Of a stretch of 64,000 bases of DNA, positions 12,468 to 23,866 are shown one piece after another. The position numbers and the translations under genes are program-made. The notes under the pieces were generated by a model. The model worked only from the letters and a program-made list of their open reading frames with translations, was not told the DNA's origin and made no database searches. Source of the stretch: Geosiphon pyriformis uo1 (Eukaryota; Fungi; Glomeromycota); the NCBI GenBank assembly GCA_016748015.1, contig JAAOMT010000436.1:2063071-2127070 (forward strand), read 5' to 3'. Each line of letters starts with the position of its first letter. Position 1 is the first letter of the stretch.

Positions 12468-13396
12468 TGTTACTCATAAAATAGAGAAAGTATATTATTA
12501 TTAGCAAGTAGAGATTAGCCAATTAGAAGTAAACATAGTAAATATGGAATTCCAGGATTTTTCTCAGAAGAATTGCAGGATTCCAAGAATTTCAGGATTC
12601 TCTGGTGAGGAATTCCAGGATTCCAGAATTCCAGGATTCCTCTTATCAGGAATCACAGAATTCCAGGAATTTCAGGATTCCTATCGCAAGGAATTGAAGA
12701 ATTGAAGAATCTCAAATATGTATATATAACAGTAGCATTAGAAGCAAAAAAAACAGAATTGACACCAAAAATCCTTAGCTTAGTTACCACAATCCTCAAA
12801 TAAATAATTATTTGCTATATCAAATTTATTCTTCACTATCAACACTTCATGTTGATAGTAACTGATATTTAGCCATACTAGAACAATAGCTTTTGATCAT
12901 GGCTATTGATAGGATACTAACTTGTAAATCACCTTGGCTTATTTCTTATTTTCTCTTTTATCTTTTCTGTATTTTCTTTGTTGTCTACTAACTTGATTAA
13001 AAGATTTACTCTTGGAGGACTTATGGAGGAATAAAACTTACTTAAAACAAAACTTACTCTTAGAAGACTTATGGAGGAATAAACTTGCTTAAACAATACT
13101 TATTCTTAGAGAACTTACGGAAGAACTAACATCAGAAAACAGCACTAATATACATTTATAGAGGATATCGTACCAGGAGAATTATCAATCATCAAGCTGA
13201 ACCAGCAATCAATAAAACTATGGTTTCAGAAAACTACTGATAAACTGTTACCATTAAATCTCTGTCTATTATACAAAAAACTCGATTGGAAAACCTTCAG
13301 ATAAAATACCTTCCAATTATCATCCGCACTAATTGCTTTGAACACCAAGTTATGGGTTTGTTATTTACTTGACACCCTAAAAAATCACCTGTAACA
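12468..13396 (+). repeat. 3' LTR of element B
   Basis: Preceded by PPT aaaaggagagaataa; tgttac...gtaaca; followed by TSD ATGA. Confidence 0.95.
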
Positions 13397-16300
13397 ATGA
13401 CTGAAGTCCTAATATTGTCCAAAGAAATCCAATGTCTCATAAGAAACTCAAAATTTGTAATACATTCCTCATGTGAAGCCTTGACTATTCTGAAAACCAA
13501 AAGCTCCAATTTGTGAAATTTTAAAGATTTCTTGGTAAAAACATTATCAAAGCCTTTGAACTATTTCTTTTTGAACATCTCATTAGCCGAAAGAATCATT
13601 ATTTTGTGAACAACATCTCACATTGCATCCAAATTTAAATATCTTATGGAAGTGGCAAACTTATCCGAGAACAATGTAGCATTGACCGATGTGACACTCT
13701 TAAAATTGTTTTATTTAATCTCATTAGCACCCTTGAAATTGAACTTCCATCAGTCCTTATTTGCTTGCTTGTGAAGAGAGTTCAACTATGTATTCAAAAG
13801 TCCACCCAAACTCATAGACACAGAAACAGATTGGTGATCCATGTCAAAATGCTCACTAATCTCTAAAACGTTGCAATTCACTATTGTATTAACCAGATTT
13901 GAGGAAACAAGCACATAATCAATTGTCTTCATAATACTCCTAGAATTAGCCCAAGTAGGCTCTTTCACAGCTGGACTACCAACCAAGAAATTGACTAGCC
14001 CTAAATCAAGGCATTTTTTGAAACTTGCACACTTATAAGAACCATCTTTATTAAAATCACTACTGAGAATGACGAAAGAGGATTCATTGACAGCCTTTAC
14101 AATAAAAAAGTTGATATCGCCAGCCTGAAAAAACCAAACTACTGAGGAAGCACCAGTGTAAAGCCCCAAAATAGACACTGAAAGTTTATTCTTGAAAAGC
14201 AACTTGATAAACAGGAGCTGATCAGGCACTTCCGACATCTTGCAAACGTGTTTTGCCAAAAAAGAGTTCATGACAACCACAACACCAGCACTCAGATAAC
14301 CAGATTCTAAACCAGAGATAAATATTCACATACCATCAAACTTATTAATGATCCAGGGGTAAACTTTTCCTTTCAACTTAGACTCAGTAAAAATAGAAAC
14401 CAAATTATTTATGTCTTTGTGCCAACAAATAATATCATCCTGTTTTGTAGGATTGTTCATTTCTTTAACATTACAAGTAGCAATTTTCCAAATCAACTTA
14501 TTTATTGGAAAGAACAAATATCAGGAATTGAATCACCATTTTTTATCTTAGCCGAAAGGCTCATAATCATAACCGAAAGATTTCTCAATGTTTCCTCCAT
14601 TTTTGTAATAATAGAAGTATCGAATATTACCACTCCTACAACAGTTCCACCACTAGTGACCACACCTGAACTCTCATTCATTACTATATTCACCCCTTGA
14701 TTCTGTGATGAAGAGATCACCAATGGCTGACATCCAGGGCTAAGCTGGGAAACCATTGGCCCAGGTGCATCTAATCTCTTAGCCAGCTTATCCACTTACT
14801 CTGCGAGGCTGGTGAGACTGTGCTTAAGAGTGGCAAATCTATCATTCAATTCTGAAGGCACATGTGGGATAGGCTTCATCTCCGAAGAAAAGCAAGACAT
14901 CTTGAACAGAAAGAGGGGTGGAGGAGGAACCAGCAACAATCTTGGCCCACGAAACACTACCAAAAAAAACAGGATGAGCAACTGGCACTGAACATTTAGT
15001 GTAAATGGCTGCCAGTCTGCTTTTATTTGCATCTGAAAGAACTCGGCATGGTATATCATCAGAAGAAAATTTCTCACCAGAGACACAGCCAAGAGAGATA
15101 TGACCCAACTTTTCATACTTTGCACACACAGCAGAACCAATATGAGACCAACAAAAGTGAGCCCCTTTTAACATGGGAGTGGTTCCCATAATGGCATTTA
15201 GTGAATCAGCTGACTCAAAACAGACAACAGCACATCTGGCTTGGCCATATGTAACCGGATGGCAGTTAATTACACATGTTTTCCCACCCACAGAGCCAAT
15301 AAAATCTCATATATCATGAGCATTGGTTCTCATGGAAAGAGTATAAAGCAGTGCCTTATGAAGATCCCTAAAGTTCCATGTTTATTTATTAAAATCAGCT
15401 CTGGCCACATAAATGGCATTTTTTCCAATAAGAATAGACCATCTGGAAGCCAAAAGATCAGTCTGATTTTGATCTTCAAACTCGATGATTGCTTTTTGTT
15501 ATAAATTTATTAATTGTATTTTGACTGATTTAATTACTCCAAATTCAGAAAGCGCAGCACGCACAGCCTCAACAGATGTTCCAACAGGAATCTCTTTTAT
15601 CACCACAGCCTAATTTGAATGCCCAGTTGCCATCTTGAGATTAGTGTTCACCCGGACCTTCGTGTCAGCAGCTATTTTGAATGCCTATGCCAAACTTAAT
15701 TCAAAAGTGAATGTCGCCCTAATGATCCTAGCAAATTTTGAGAGGGTAGAGACCCTTCCAAAACCATTGACTTTTGAAAACAACTTTCTGACCACTTGAA
15801 GTTTCTCCTAAGAGGAATTTCCAACCACTTTATTTAATCCAATATCCAAAACAAAGGATTTTCTAACAGAAATATTAACAAAAATTTTTATAGGCAGGAG
15901 AAACACCAACGGGGCACCCAAAAGCACATCATTATCATCACTGTTTGGTGAAAAATTAATTTTTCTCAATGGTTTGTCCAATGCCTTTTTGGTTTTAACT
16001 TTTGAGCCTGTAGGTGTTTGATCATTATCCCTGTCAGTAAGAGCACCACTTTTACCATAATCAAAACTGGTCTTTTCCACTAGACATTTCTTCTCCATGT
16101 CAATACTTTCAAACTCAATAGTGTCAGTCTTAGAACTTCATAAGTGAACATTTTGAGCTTTGGAACTTACATTCTTATTACCAGATTCATTCTTTAAAAT
16201 GCCACCTCTTCTTTTTTTCCTTGAAAAAACAGATTTAAAGCCATCACTAGAACTAAAAACTTTAGCAGCCTTCTTCATAACAGCAATACTACAGCCAATA

Positions 16301-16414
16301 GTGGCTTTGTAGTCAAGAATAAAGGGTTTTGATTTATCATACTGAATTGTAAAAACTTCTTTCAAAAAACTTTTGAATCTTTTGTAAGAATTTGGGACGA
16401 AGGAGAGAAAGAAG
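13397..16414 (-). mobile_element. LINE-1 5' part: 5'UTR, ORF1 (~16278..14502) and ORF2 APE endonuclease
   Basis: WKIATCNV, ESKL, SDFN, TIDYV and HFDMDH endonuclease motifs; ORF1 with a decayed CCHC knuckle (CAK(Y)EKLGHISLGC); 5'UTR similar to that of LINE-2. Confidence 0.92.
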
Positions 16415-16499
16415 TTTTTTTTTTATTTTATTATTTACTATTTCTAATAATATTTAAAAAACAATTTCTAATTATTAAAAAATTTTTGAATAAATAGTT

Positions 16500-17460
16500 T
16501 TTGCTTTAGTATTTAATATTATATTTAAAATTAAATTAATTTTATTTAATACTTTATTTAAGTTATTATCTGGTTTTGTTGAATTTAAATTGGTTTTAAA
16601 AGACAATATTAAGTTGTTTTATATAAATTTTGTTTTTAAACCTTTTTTGACTATTATTACTAAAATTTTTATTGATAATTTTTTTCTTTTAATTATATTT
16701 AAGATTACAAAATCTTTTGTAATAATTTTTGCTTTTTTATTTTTGTTTGCTATTGTATTTTGTAATATATATTTTTTAATAACATTAAAAATGTTTTTGG
16801 TGTTTTTAATATTGTTATTTTAATTAAATTAAAGTTTATTGGCTTATAATAATATATTATTATTTTTTTCAAGAATTTTTCTGTTGTTATTGTTTTTGTT
16901 TATTGGTTTATATTAGTAAAAAAACAATAATAAGATTTTTTTTTGTTTAATTAAAGACAAATTATTATTTCAAAAAATTTTTTTAAGACTAAATTGGTCA
17001 ATTTTTTTTTAGCTTATTGTTTTTAAAATTAGTAATTGTACATGTTTTATTTTTTGCTCTTTTAATTTTTATTGTTATTAATAGTTTGTTATTGTAATTT
17101 TTGAATTTTTAAAAATTTTAAATATAACTATTATAAAAACTGACATTTAATACAAATATTATATCTAATAAAAAACTTTTAAATACTATTTCTGTTACAA
17201 ATATTAAGATTTAGATTATATATTTTTAAAATACAAAATATTATTATTTTTTATTTTAGATTTTTTTTCAAGTTTGTTAATAATTTTAAGTTTTTTATTT
17301 TATCTTTTATTAATATAAAATCTTATATTAAGATTTCTTTTTTTTTAATTTTTTTTAGTGTTGTTTTTTTGGTTGTATTTGCTGCTATTGTTATTGATTT
17401 ATTAATTTTTTTTAATTGATTTTTCTCAAATTTATTTTAAATAAGTTAACTATATTAGTC
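16500..17460 (+). pseudogene. Extremely AT-eroded LINE ORF1 relic
   Basis: Residual translations IKLKFIGL**Y and (H)WFILVKK echo IKMQLIGLWQK and KWSI..GKD of the better-preserved ORF1s; very AT-rich. Confidence 0.5.
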
Positions 17461-19124
17461 AAATTTATTATTAATCTTGTTAATTTTTTGGTTGTTATAT
17501 TTAAATAATTTTTTAAAAATAATTATAATATTATTAATAAGTTATATAAAAAAATAGTAATATTAAAAATAAAATATGACATAAAAAATAAACTTAATGT
17601 GTTTAATTTTAATATTAATATTAATATAAATAAAAATTCAGATTGTTCTAAACATAAAAAAATATTTAATAATTTAATAATACTTTAAAAGCATAAAATT
17701 TCCAAAAAAATTAAATTTAATCTTAAAAAAACTGTAAAGTAATTGGCTGATTTAATTTTAAATGGTTATAAAATAATTAAAATAGTTTAAAAAATAGCTT
17801 TTTTAGATAAGTTTTTTTGATGATTTTAATGTAATTTAGTTTTAACTAGTTTTAAAAGTTCTGAAATTGTCTATTAAATTGATTTTTAACAGAAAAACAA
17901 ATTAAACAAAAAAGCAAAAAATTAAGTTTAATAAAATTTAAATTATTTTTGTTGTATATTATAAAGTTTTTTTTGATTATTATAATAAAAAATAAATAAA
18001 TTTTAATAATCTTACAAGAAGCATTATTTTTATGTTATAAGTTAAAATAATAAATTAATAAATAAAAAAAACAAGATTATATAATAATAAAATTAATTAA
18101 AAGATAATATAACTTTAAAAAATAAAATTAAATTAATAAAAATTTAATATATAAAATTAGTTTTATAATATTTTAGTTGTTATTTTTTTCAAAGATAATA
18201 AAAAAATCTGAAAGTAAAAGAAAAAAAACAATATAAAAAAATTGAATATTTAAAAGTAATTTTTATTTCTTTAATTTTTTAAATGCTTTTTTATAATTAA
18301 AAAACTTATTAATTATATAGCTATTTAAAATGATTAATAATTAAGTTAACAGTTAAATTAATAATTAAGTTAATAATCAAATTATTAATTATTAATTAAA
18401 ATAAAATGGTTAATTATATAATATTAGTGGCTAATACATATAATAATTAATAAAAACCATAATTTTTAATTATAACAATATAAATTATATAAATTATATT
18501 AAATTTAAAATAATTATTATTATATTATATTAAATAATAATTAAGTTTTATTTTAATAAAACATAAAATAGTAATAATAATTATTATTATTGTAAATTAA
18601 TATTAATTTTAACTATTTAATATTTAATATTAAATAACAATAATATTAAAAAATTTTTGCAAAAGTTTTGGATTTTATAAGTTTAATTTATGTAATAATA
18701 TAAATTACATAAAAAAGTACATTATTGTAAAATAAGTTAATGTAATAATTTATTTTAAATTACAAAAAAATAGTGTTAAAAACTAATTTTATAAAATAAA
18801 AATATAGTACTTAATAAAATATTGTGATAAAATTAACAAAATAAATTTTTATGCAAATATAAATTTTTTTTTATTACAACTTATCACAAATTATTAATTT
18901 TATCACAATATTTTCATTACTAACATACCCTCTTTTACTTTATGATAAAAAATATCAAAATTTATAAATATCAATAAAAGAAATTTTTTATTGGTCAAAT
19001 ATACTAAATAATATAATTGGTTGTGTCAATTCGGAATGACATATCCATTAGTATAAAGACCTTCCTAATTATGATTGGCTATAATTTATAACTATAGATC
19101 TTGTTTTTTTTGTAAATTGTAAGT

Positions 19125-21375
19125 ATGTCTACTACAACCCCCTTCATTCCTCCAACTGTGGCCGAGGTACTACAAAAGCCTGGCTCAGTACCACAACCAA
19201 GTCGAAAAGGCAAAAAGGCATGGCGGAAGAACGTTGATATAACCGACATTGAAGCGACACTCGAAGACTTGAGAAGTGAAGAGCGGATAGCTGGGTTAGT
19301 TTTTGTTTGATTAATTTACATTTTGAGAAAATGTCTATTTTCTGATCGTTAATACTACAAATCTAATAAAAAAGAAGATAAAGAGATTTTTTTACATCAG
19401 ACTTGAGTGGTTAAATAAATAGAATGAATATTGAAATCTACACTAGTTCGAGTTTTGTCTCTTTACTTTAAAATATTAAAGTAATCATATCAATTCAAAA
19501 ATTTATCTTCAAAAGGGAATCATTTTTATCAAAGAAAATGGCCAAAAATTTTAATCACATTATTGCGATCTAAATAGCGGTCGAATTTGTGATCAAACCA
19601 ATGAACAGCTTTTTGTAGTCGATATTGTGGGTGACCTTAAGGGTAAATACATCGTGAAAATTTCTTCTCTTTCAATTAGCTCGCTCGCATTGAACTTATC
19701 TCAAATTTATTCAATCAAAAAAATTAACACAGTAAAGGAAAAGGTCAAGAAACAGCTTCATCTACGCATTGATGACATATTGGCTGATCGTAGTAAAGTC
19801 CCGGCCGTTTCATCAAAACCTTCCAAACTTAAAACCCTTCAAAAACATATCAATTCGCGAGCAGAAAAACAGCGATTGGAACAGATGGTACGAAGAAAGC
19901 ATCATATGAGGTTGACTAAGGATTTGGGACTTAGCGAGGCTGTCAAACAGGCCGGAAATTTTGATGTATGGGATAGAAGTGAAGGTTGAAATATTGCATT
20001 TTTGTTTTTTTATGTGATTTTTAAAAGCGATTAAACTTGAGCCTTTTTTTGATCAATTAGAAGAACCATCCGAAGTCGATGAGTTTTCGCATCACGCCAA
20101 AAGACCAAAGATTAAGGTATCAGAACATAAAATGAATTTATATTTATTTTGCAAACTCTAATGAAATAATCGTATCTAGCCACCACCTACAATGAAAATG
20201 AAACCAGCGCTAAAAGCTATAGCAGTCCATAAACCACATCCTGGTGCCAGCTATAATCCTACATTTATGGATCATCAAGTATGCTCATATCGCGCTAGTG
20301 GCTTTTGCACATGAACCCCGCGAAAATTTTTATTTTTTATTTTTAGGATCTTTTGAAAATTGCCCATGAAGTAGAAGTTCAAAAGTTCGAAGAGAAAGAA
20401 CGCTTGGACGCTAAATTACCGAAAAGTACCGAAGGTCTAATCAATGCCCTTAATCCAGAGGATTTGGTCGATAAAGTCGGTGCCGAAGGTGACAACGAGG
20501 AAAAGGAACGGCACGAGCAAAATAATATGGAAATTTTTCAAAAGAAGAGTCTTCAGGTAAAAAAATCTAGAACGCAGAGAAACAAGGAAAAAAGAGTAAA
20601 GCAGGGTGTCTTGGCTCAAAAAGAGAAAAAGGTGCTCAAGGAACATAAAAAAGAATTACAACGGTGAGAAATATTAATATTTAAATCTTAGTCATTAAAT
20701 ACCTGACACGTTGAGCCAATTCTTACATTATATCGACTCCTTGAATAGCCTACCAGAGATTGTTAAATCTGTCAAAAACGAACTTTCAGAGCATGAAAAA
20801 GAGATGGTCAGAAGGGCAAAGTTGGCTAAAGAGAAAGCAGGCTTACCCCGAAAGAAAATTGGAAAATATAAGTAAGGAGATTTGTTGAAATTATGTCAAA
20901 TTTTATTCCCTTGTTTTCTTATACATATGATATAGCCATTATTAACCAACTCCTTTATTTTTTTATTTTACTCTCCCAATGTCAATTTATTCTACAGTGT
21001 AACAAAACTACCTATAGAAATACAACTTCCCGAAGAGCTATCTCAGTCTTTAAGAACCCTAAAGGTAAGTTCTTATTTATTTATTGATTGATTGAAAACT
21101 TGATAATTCCTTTAAATTGGAATCCTATTCTTAGCCTGAAGGTAATCTCTTTCGTGATCGAATGGCAAGCTTGGAAGAACGTAACATTATAGAACCAAGA
21201 GTCCCTGTTAAGTATGTATTATTTTTATCATTTTAAAATTTCCTTTATGGGATTATAGGATCATTAATGAATTTCCATTGTGAACTTTCTATTCTCCATC
21301 ATTAGGAAAAAGCGGAAATATAAGCTTAGAGAATATGAAAAGACCTCTTCTAAAAATATCAGATATCAAAAGTAA
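19125..21375 (+). CDS. NOP53: Ribosome biogenesis protein Nop53/GLTSCR2, 10 exons (approx. 19125-19294, 19578-19642, 19733-19984, 20061-20116, 20180-20278, 20347-20663, 20749-20871, 20998-21064, 21135-21211, 21306-21375)
   Basis: QPSRKGKKAWRKNVD, LFVVD (arch-interacting-motif-like), PGASYNP and LPEELSQSLRTLKPEGNLFRDR; GT-AG introns. Confidence 0.93.
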
Positions 21376-21538
21376 TTGGTCAAGATAGCTAAATTTAATA
21401 ATTTATTCAGTATCCTAACTTTTCGTAGCTGAAACAATGAACTATTATCTAAACATCTTAGAATCAATTAAACATTCAGAAGTCATTACCAAAGTTTTCT
21501 TTACTTTTAGGAATAGTATAAAAAACCCAAAAATAAAT

Positions 21539-22880
21539 TCATCCTGCTATGACGGAACGATCTTTTCCGGCTCCATCTTTCCAAACTTTCACCCAACTAA
21601 ATCCATTTTCCTGTAAAACTTTATATACTTTTGGGACTTGATGTTCTCCCCCAATCTCCATAACAATCCGTGGTATATCTTTATTCTGCTGTTCATTTTG
21701 AATTCCCTTTTTTAATAACACCTTTGCTAGTTTTGCAATTTTCATATGAAAAGCAACACCATCTTCGTCAGCAACTAATGCCCGTTTATCTTCCCACAAC
21801 TTTACCTCATTTCCTAGACTTTCATATTCTGAAGTTGATACATATGGTGGGTTAGAAACTATCAAGTCGAACCCCACTGATTTAGGAGGCTCGTCGTCGA
21901 AAGTCTTTTCAATGGAAGCCCGTAAATCTTGATCACATGTCTTCATAATATCGAGGTTTGAGAGAGTTACAGGATTATGCAATAATTCTTGATGTTGTCG
22001 TAAATTTAAACTTGCGAGCATAAGTGCATCTGGAGCATTATCTATCGCATGAATTTTGCACATGGCTGCTGGAAGATTGTGTGAGAGTGCCAAAGCGACA
22101 CAACCTGACCCAGTACATATGTCAATAATTTTGAATTTTTTGGATGGGTTACGATTATTCCCAGAAGCGAGGTGAGGAATAAGCAATTTTGTCAGGCGAT
22201 CTGTCCATTCTTCTGTTTCCCATCTAAAATCCAAATAGGTTTCAGAAAAAAAATCATGTTACTAACTTAAGGTTCACAATACTTACCTTGGAATCAAGAC
22301 AGGTGGCCTGGTAACTATATCCAAATTGCAGAATGGTTGTGTGCCTAAAAAAAAATTTTGATCCTTGTTCATGATAAAAATATCCTGAATTTTGTAATCA
22401 CCAAATTATCGATAGAAAAACCTGCATAAGTTCTAATAACAAATTACCTAAAATATACTGCAACGGTTTAAACTGCTGTGCACGTTGTTTTACAAGTTCA
22501 TTAAGAACATATTTCTCATGTTCACCCATGCGTTCCCATGCTTCGATCATGTTGTTTGCTTCTTGATAATTCTCATGTTTAGAACGATCTTGGCCTCCCC
22601 TCAAATTATTCACAACATGCAACGAAAGCCATTTTAACTCTTGTTGCACATCGGGCAGGGAATTGTTGCATATCGGTAACAATATTTGAGTTAGTTCATG
22701 GAGTTTTATTTTGTTCGATTCGGTGAGAGAAGTTGAAGAATGATTTGAAGTGGTAGAAGCTGATGAAAAGAGATTTACAAGGAATTTATGATTGTAAAGA
22801 GGAGAAAATCTCGATAACCTGTAATGATGAAGGGTTTTGTAAGCCATGTACAGAAATTGCCTTTTTGAATTGTTGATCAT
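21539..22880 (-). CDS. MTQ1: HemK/PrmC release-factor N5-glutamine methyltransferase, probably mitochondrial (Mtq1/HEMK1); exons 22880-22448, 22344-22287, 22223-21539
   Basis: PLQYILG, VLIPRWETEEW, DICTGSGC and SNPPY; basic, Ser-rich N-terminus resembling a mitochondrial presequence. Confidence 0.92.
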
Positions 22881-23010
22881 TCACGTACTTAAGAGTGGTA
22901 AGAAATTCAGAACTTTTAAGTAACCTGTTGTATCAGTCAGGCTTTACACTTTAACTCCCATTGCGAAATCTTCTCTCCTTAAACTGTTATTGAGTGGGGT
23001 GTCTCCATAT

Positions 23011-23124
23011 TGGACTCCCAACGGGATTGCCCAAAAATTTCAAAATCTCACTGCAGTGAGGCGCCCACACGGAAACCTTTAGTAAAAGGCGAAAGGTTTA
23101 TACGCATGCGAGCACCTCGTGAGA
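23011..23124 (-). ncRNA. U5: U5 spliceosomal snRNA (ends approximate)
   Basis: Minus strand reads AAACCUUUCGCCUUUUACUAAAGGUUUCCG with invariant loop I GCCUUUUAC at 23090-23082; stem GAGGUGCUC/GGGCGCCUC; Sm site AAUUUUUGG; 3' hairpin UCCC-GUU-GGGA. Confidence 0.93.
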
Positions 23125-23866
23125 AAAGTTAGAAATTATCTAGTAAAATCTAATAGGTATTTATAAAGTTTTGAGTTGGTGAAGGAAATAATTGGTGAAT
23201 TGTGGGATATTGATGAAAAATGAGATTGGGAGAAATTTTCGGCAGAAGTGATGGATGACTCATTAACACGGTTCGATTTTCAATGTTGACTTGAGCATAC
23301 CCAATAATGAATATAGCATCGGTACTAATATTTTTCATTTGGCGCTTTTAATTATGTTCCCTAAAGAACATATTTACTTTAATAATTCCAAAAACTTGCA
23401 ATAAATTATGTATATTTGGAAAAAGTAAAAAATGAATTTAACTCAAGTTTTATGTAAATTTTAATTTTAAATCGAAAAAAATAAAATTTAAACAAGCAAC
23501 TTGGAGATTTTCAACGGCACTCGGTTGAGACAAATTATAATTAATTAAATGATCCAAAAATTTCATTCAGGCAGATATCGATTTATTAAAGGTTATTTAT
23601 AATTGGATTGTTTGTGAATTATGCTACATTTTAAAATAATGATTTTTTTGATCTTAGTTGATCTAGACATATTCTAGGCATATTCTATTTGGTGTATTTT
23701 ACAATGATGCCCAAAAATTAATGGATCAAAATAAAATATTTCACAGAAACCCAAGTCAATATTCTTGAGTATTGATCGCGCACAGGGGATTGTATGCATT
23801 GCAGAAAACAAAAACCTAATTAAAACTTATCTAAAAGTTTGTAGCATGCCAATGAATTAGATAATT

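Larger units (their letters stand above)
3116..13396 (+). mobile_element. Complete Ty3/gypsy element B (10,281 bp), dUTPase-bearing, inactivated
   Basis: Two 929-bp LTRs; 4-bp TSD ATGA (3112-3115 and 13397-13400); PBS; PPT; gag CCHC, PR, dUTPase, RT, RNase H, IN and ORF3 in gypsy order. Confidence 0.97.

Noticed and set aside
17460-19000. Organellar insertion or centromere in the AT-rich tract
   Set aside because: No recognisable organellar gene or periodic satellite; too eroded to assign
19400-19465. tRNA-like A/B boxes (gagtggttaa...gttcgag) or a snoRNA in NOP53 intron 1
   Set aside because: No cloverleaf or convincing C/D or H/ACA boxes could be built by eye; tRNAscan-SE or Infernal would settle it
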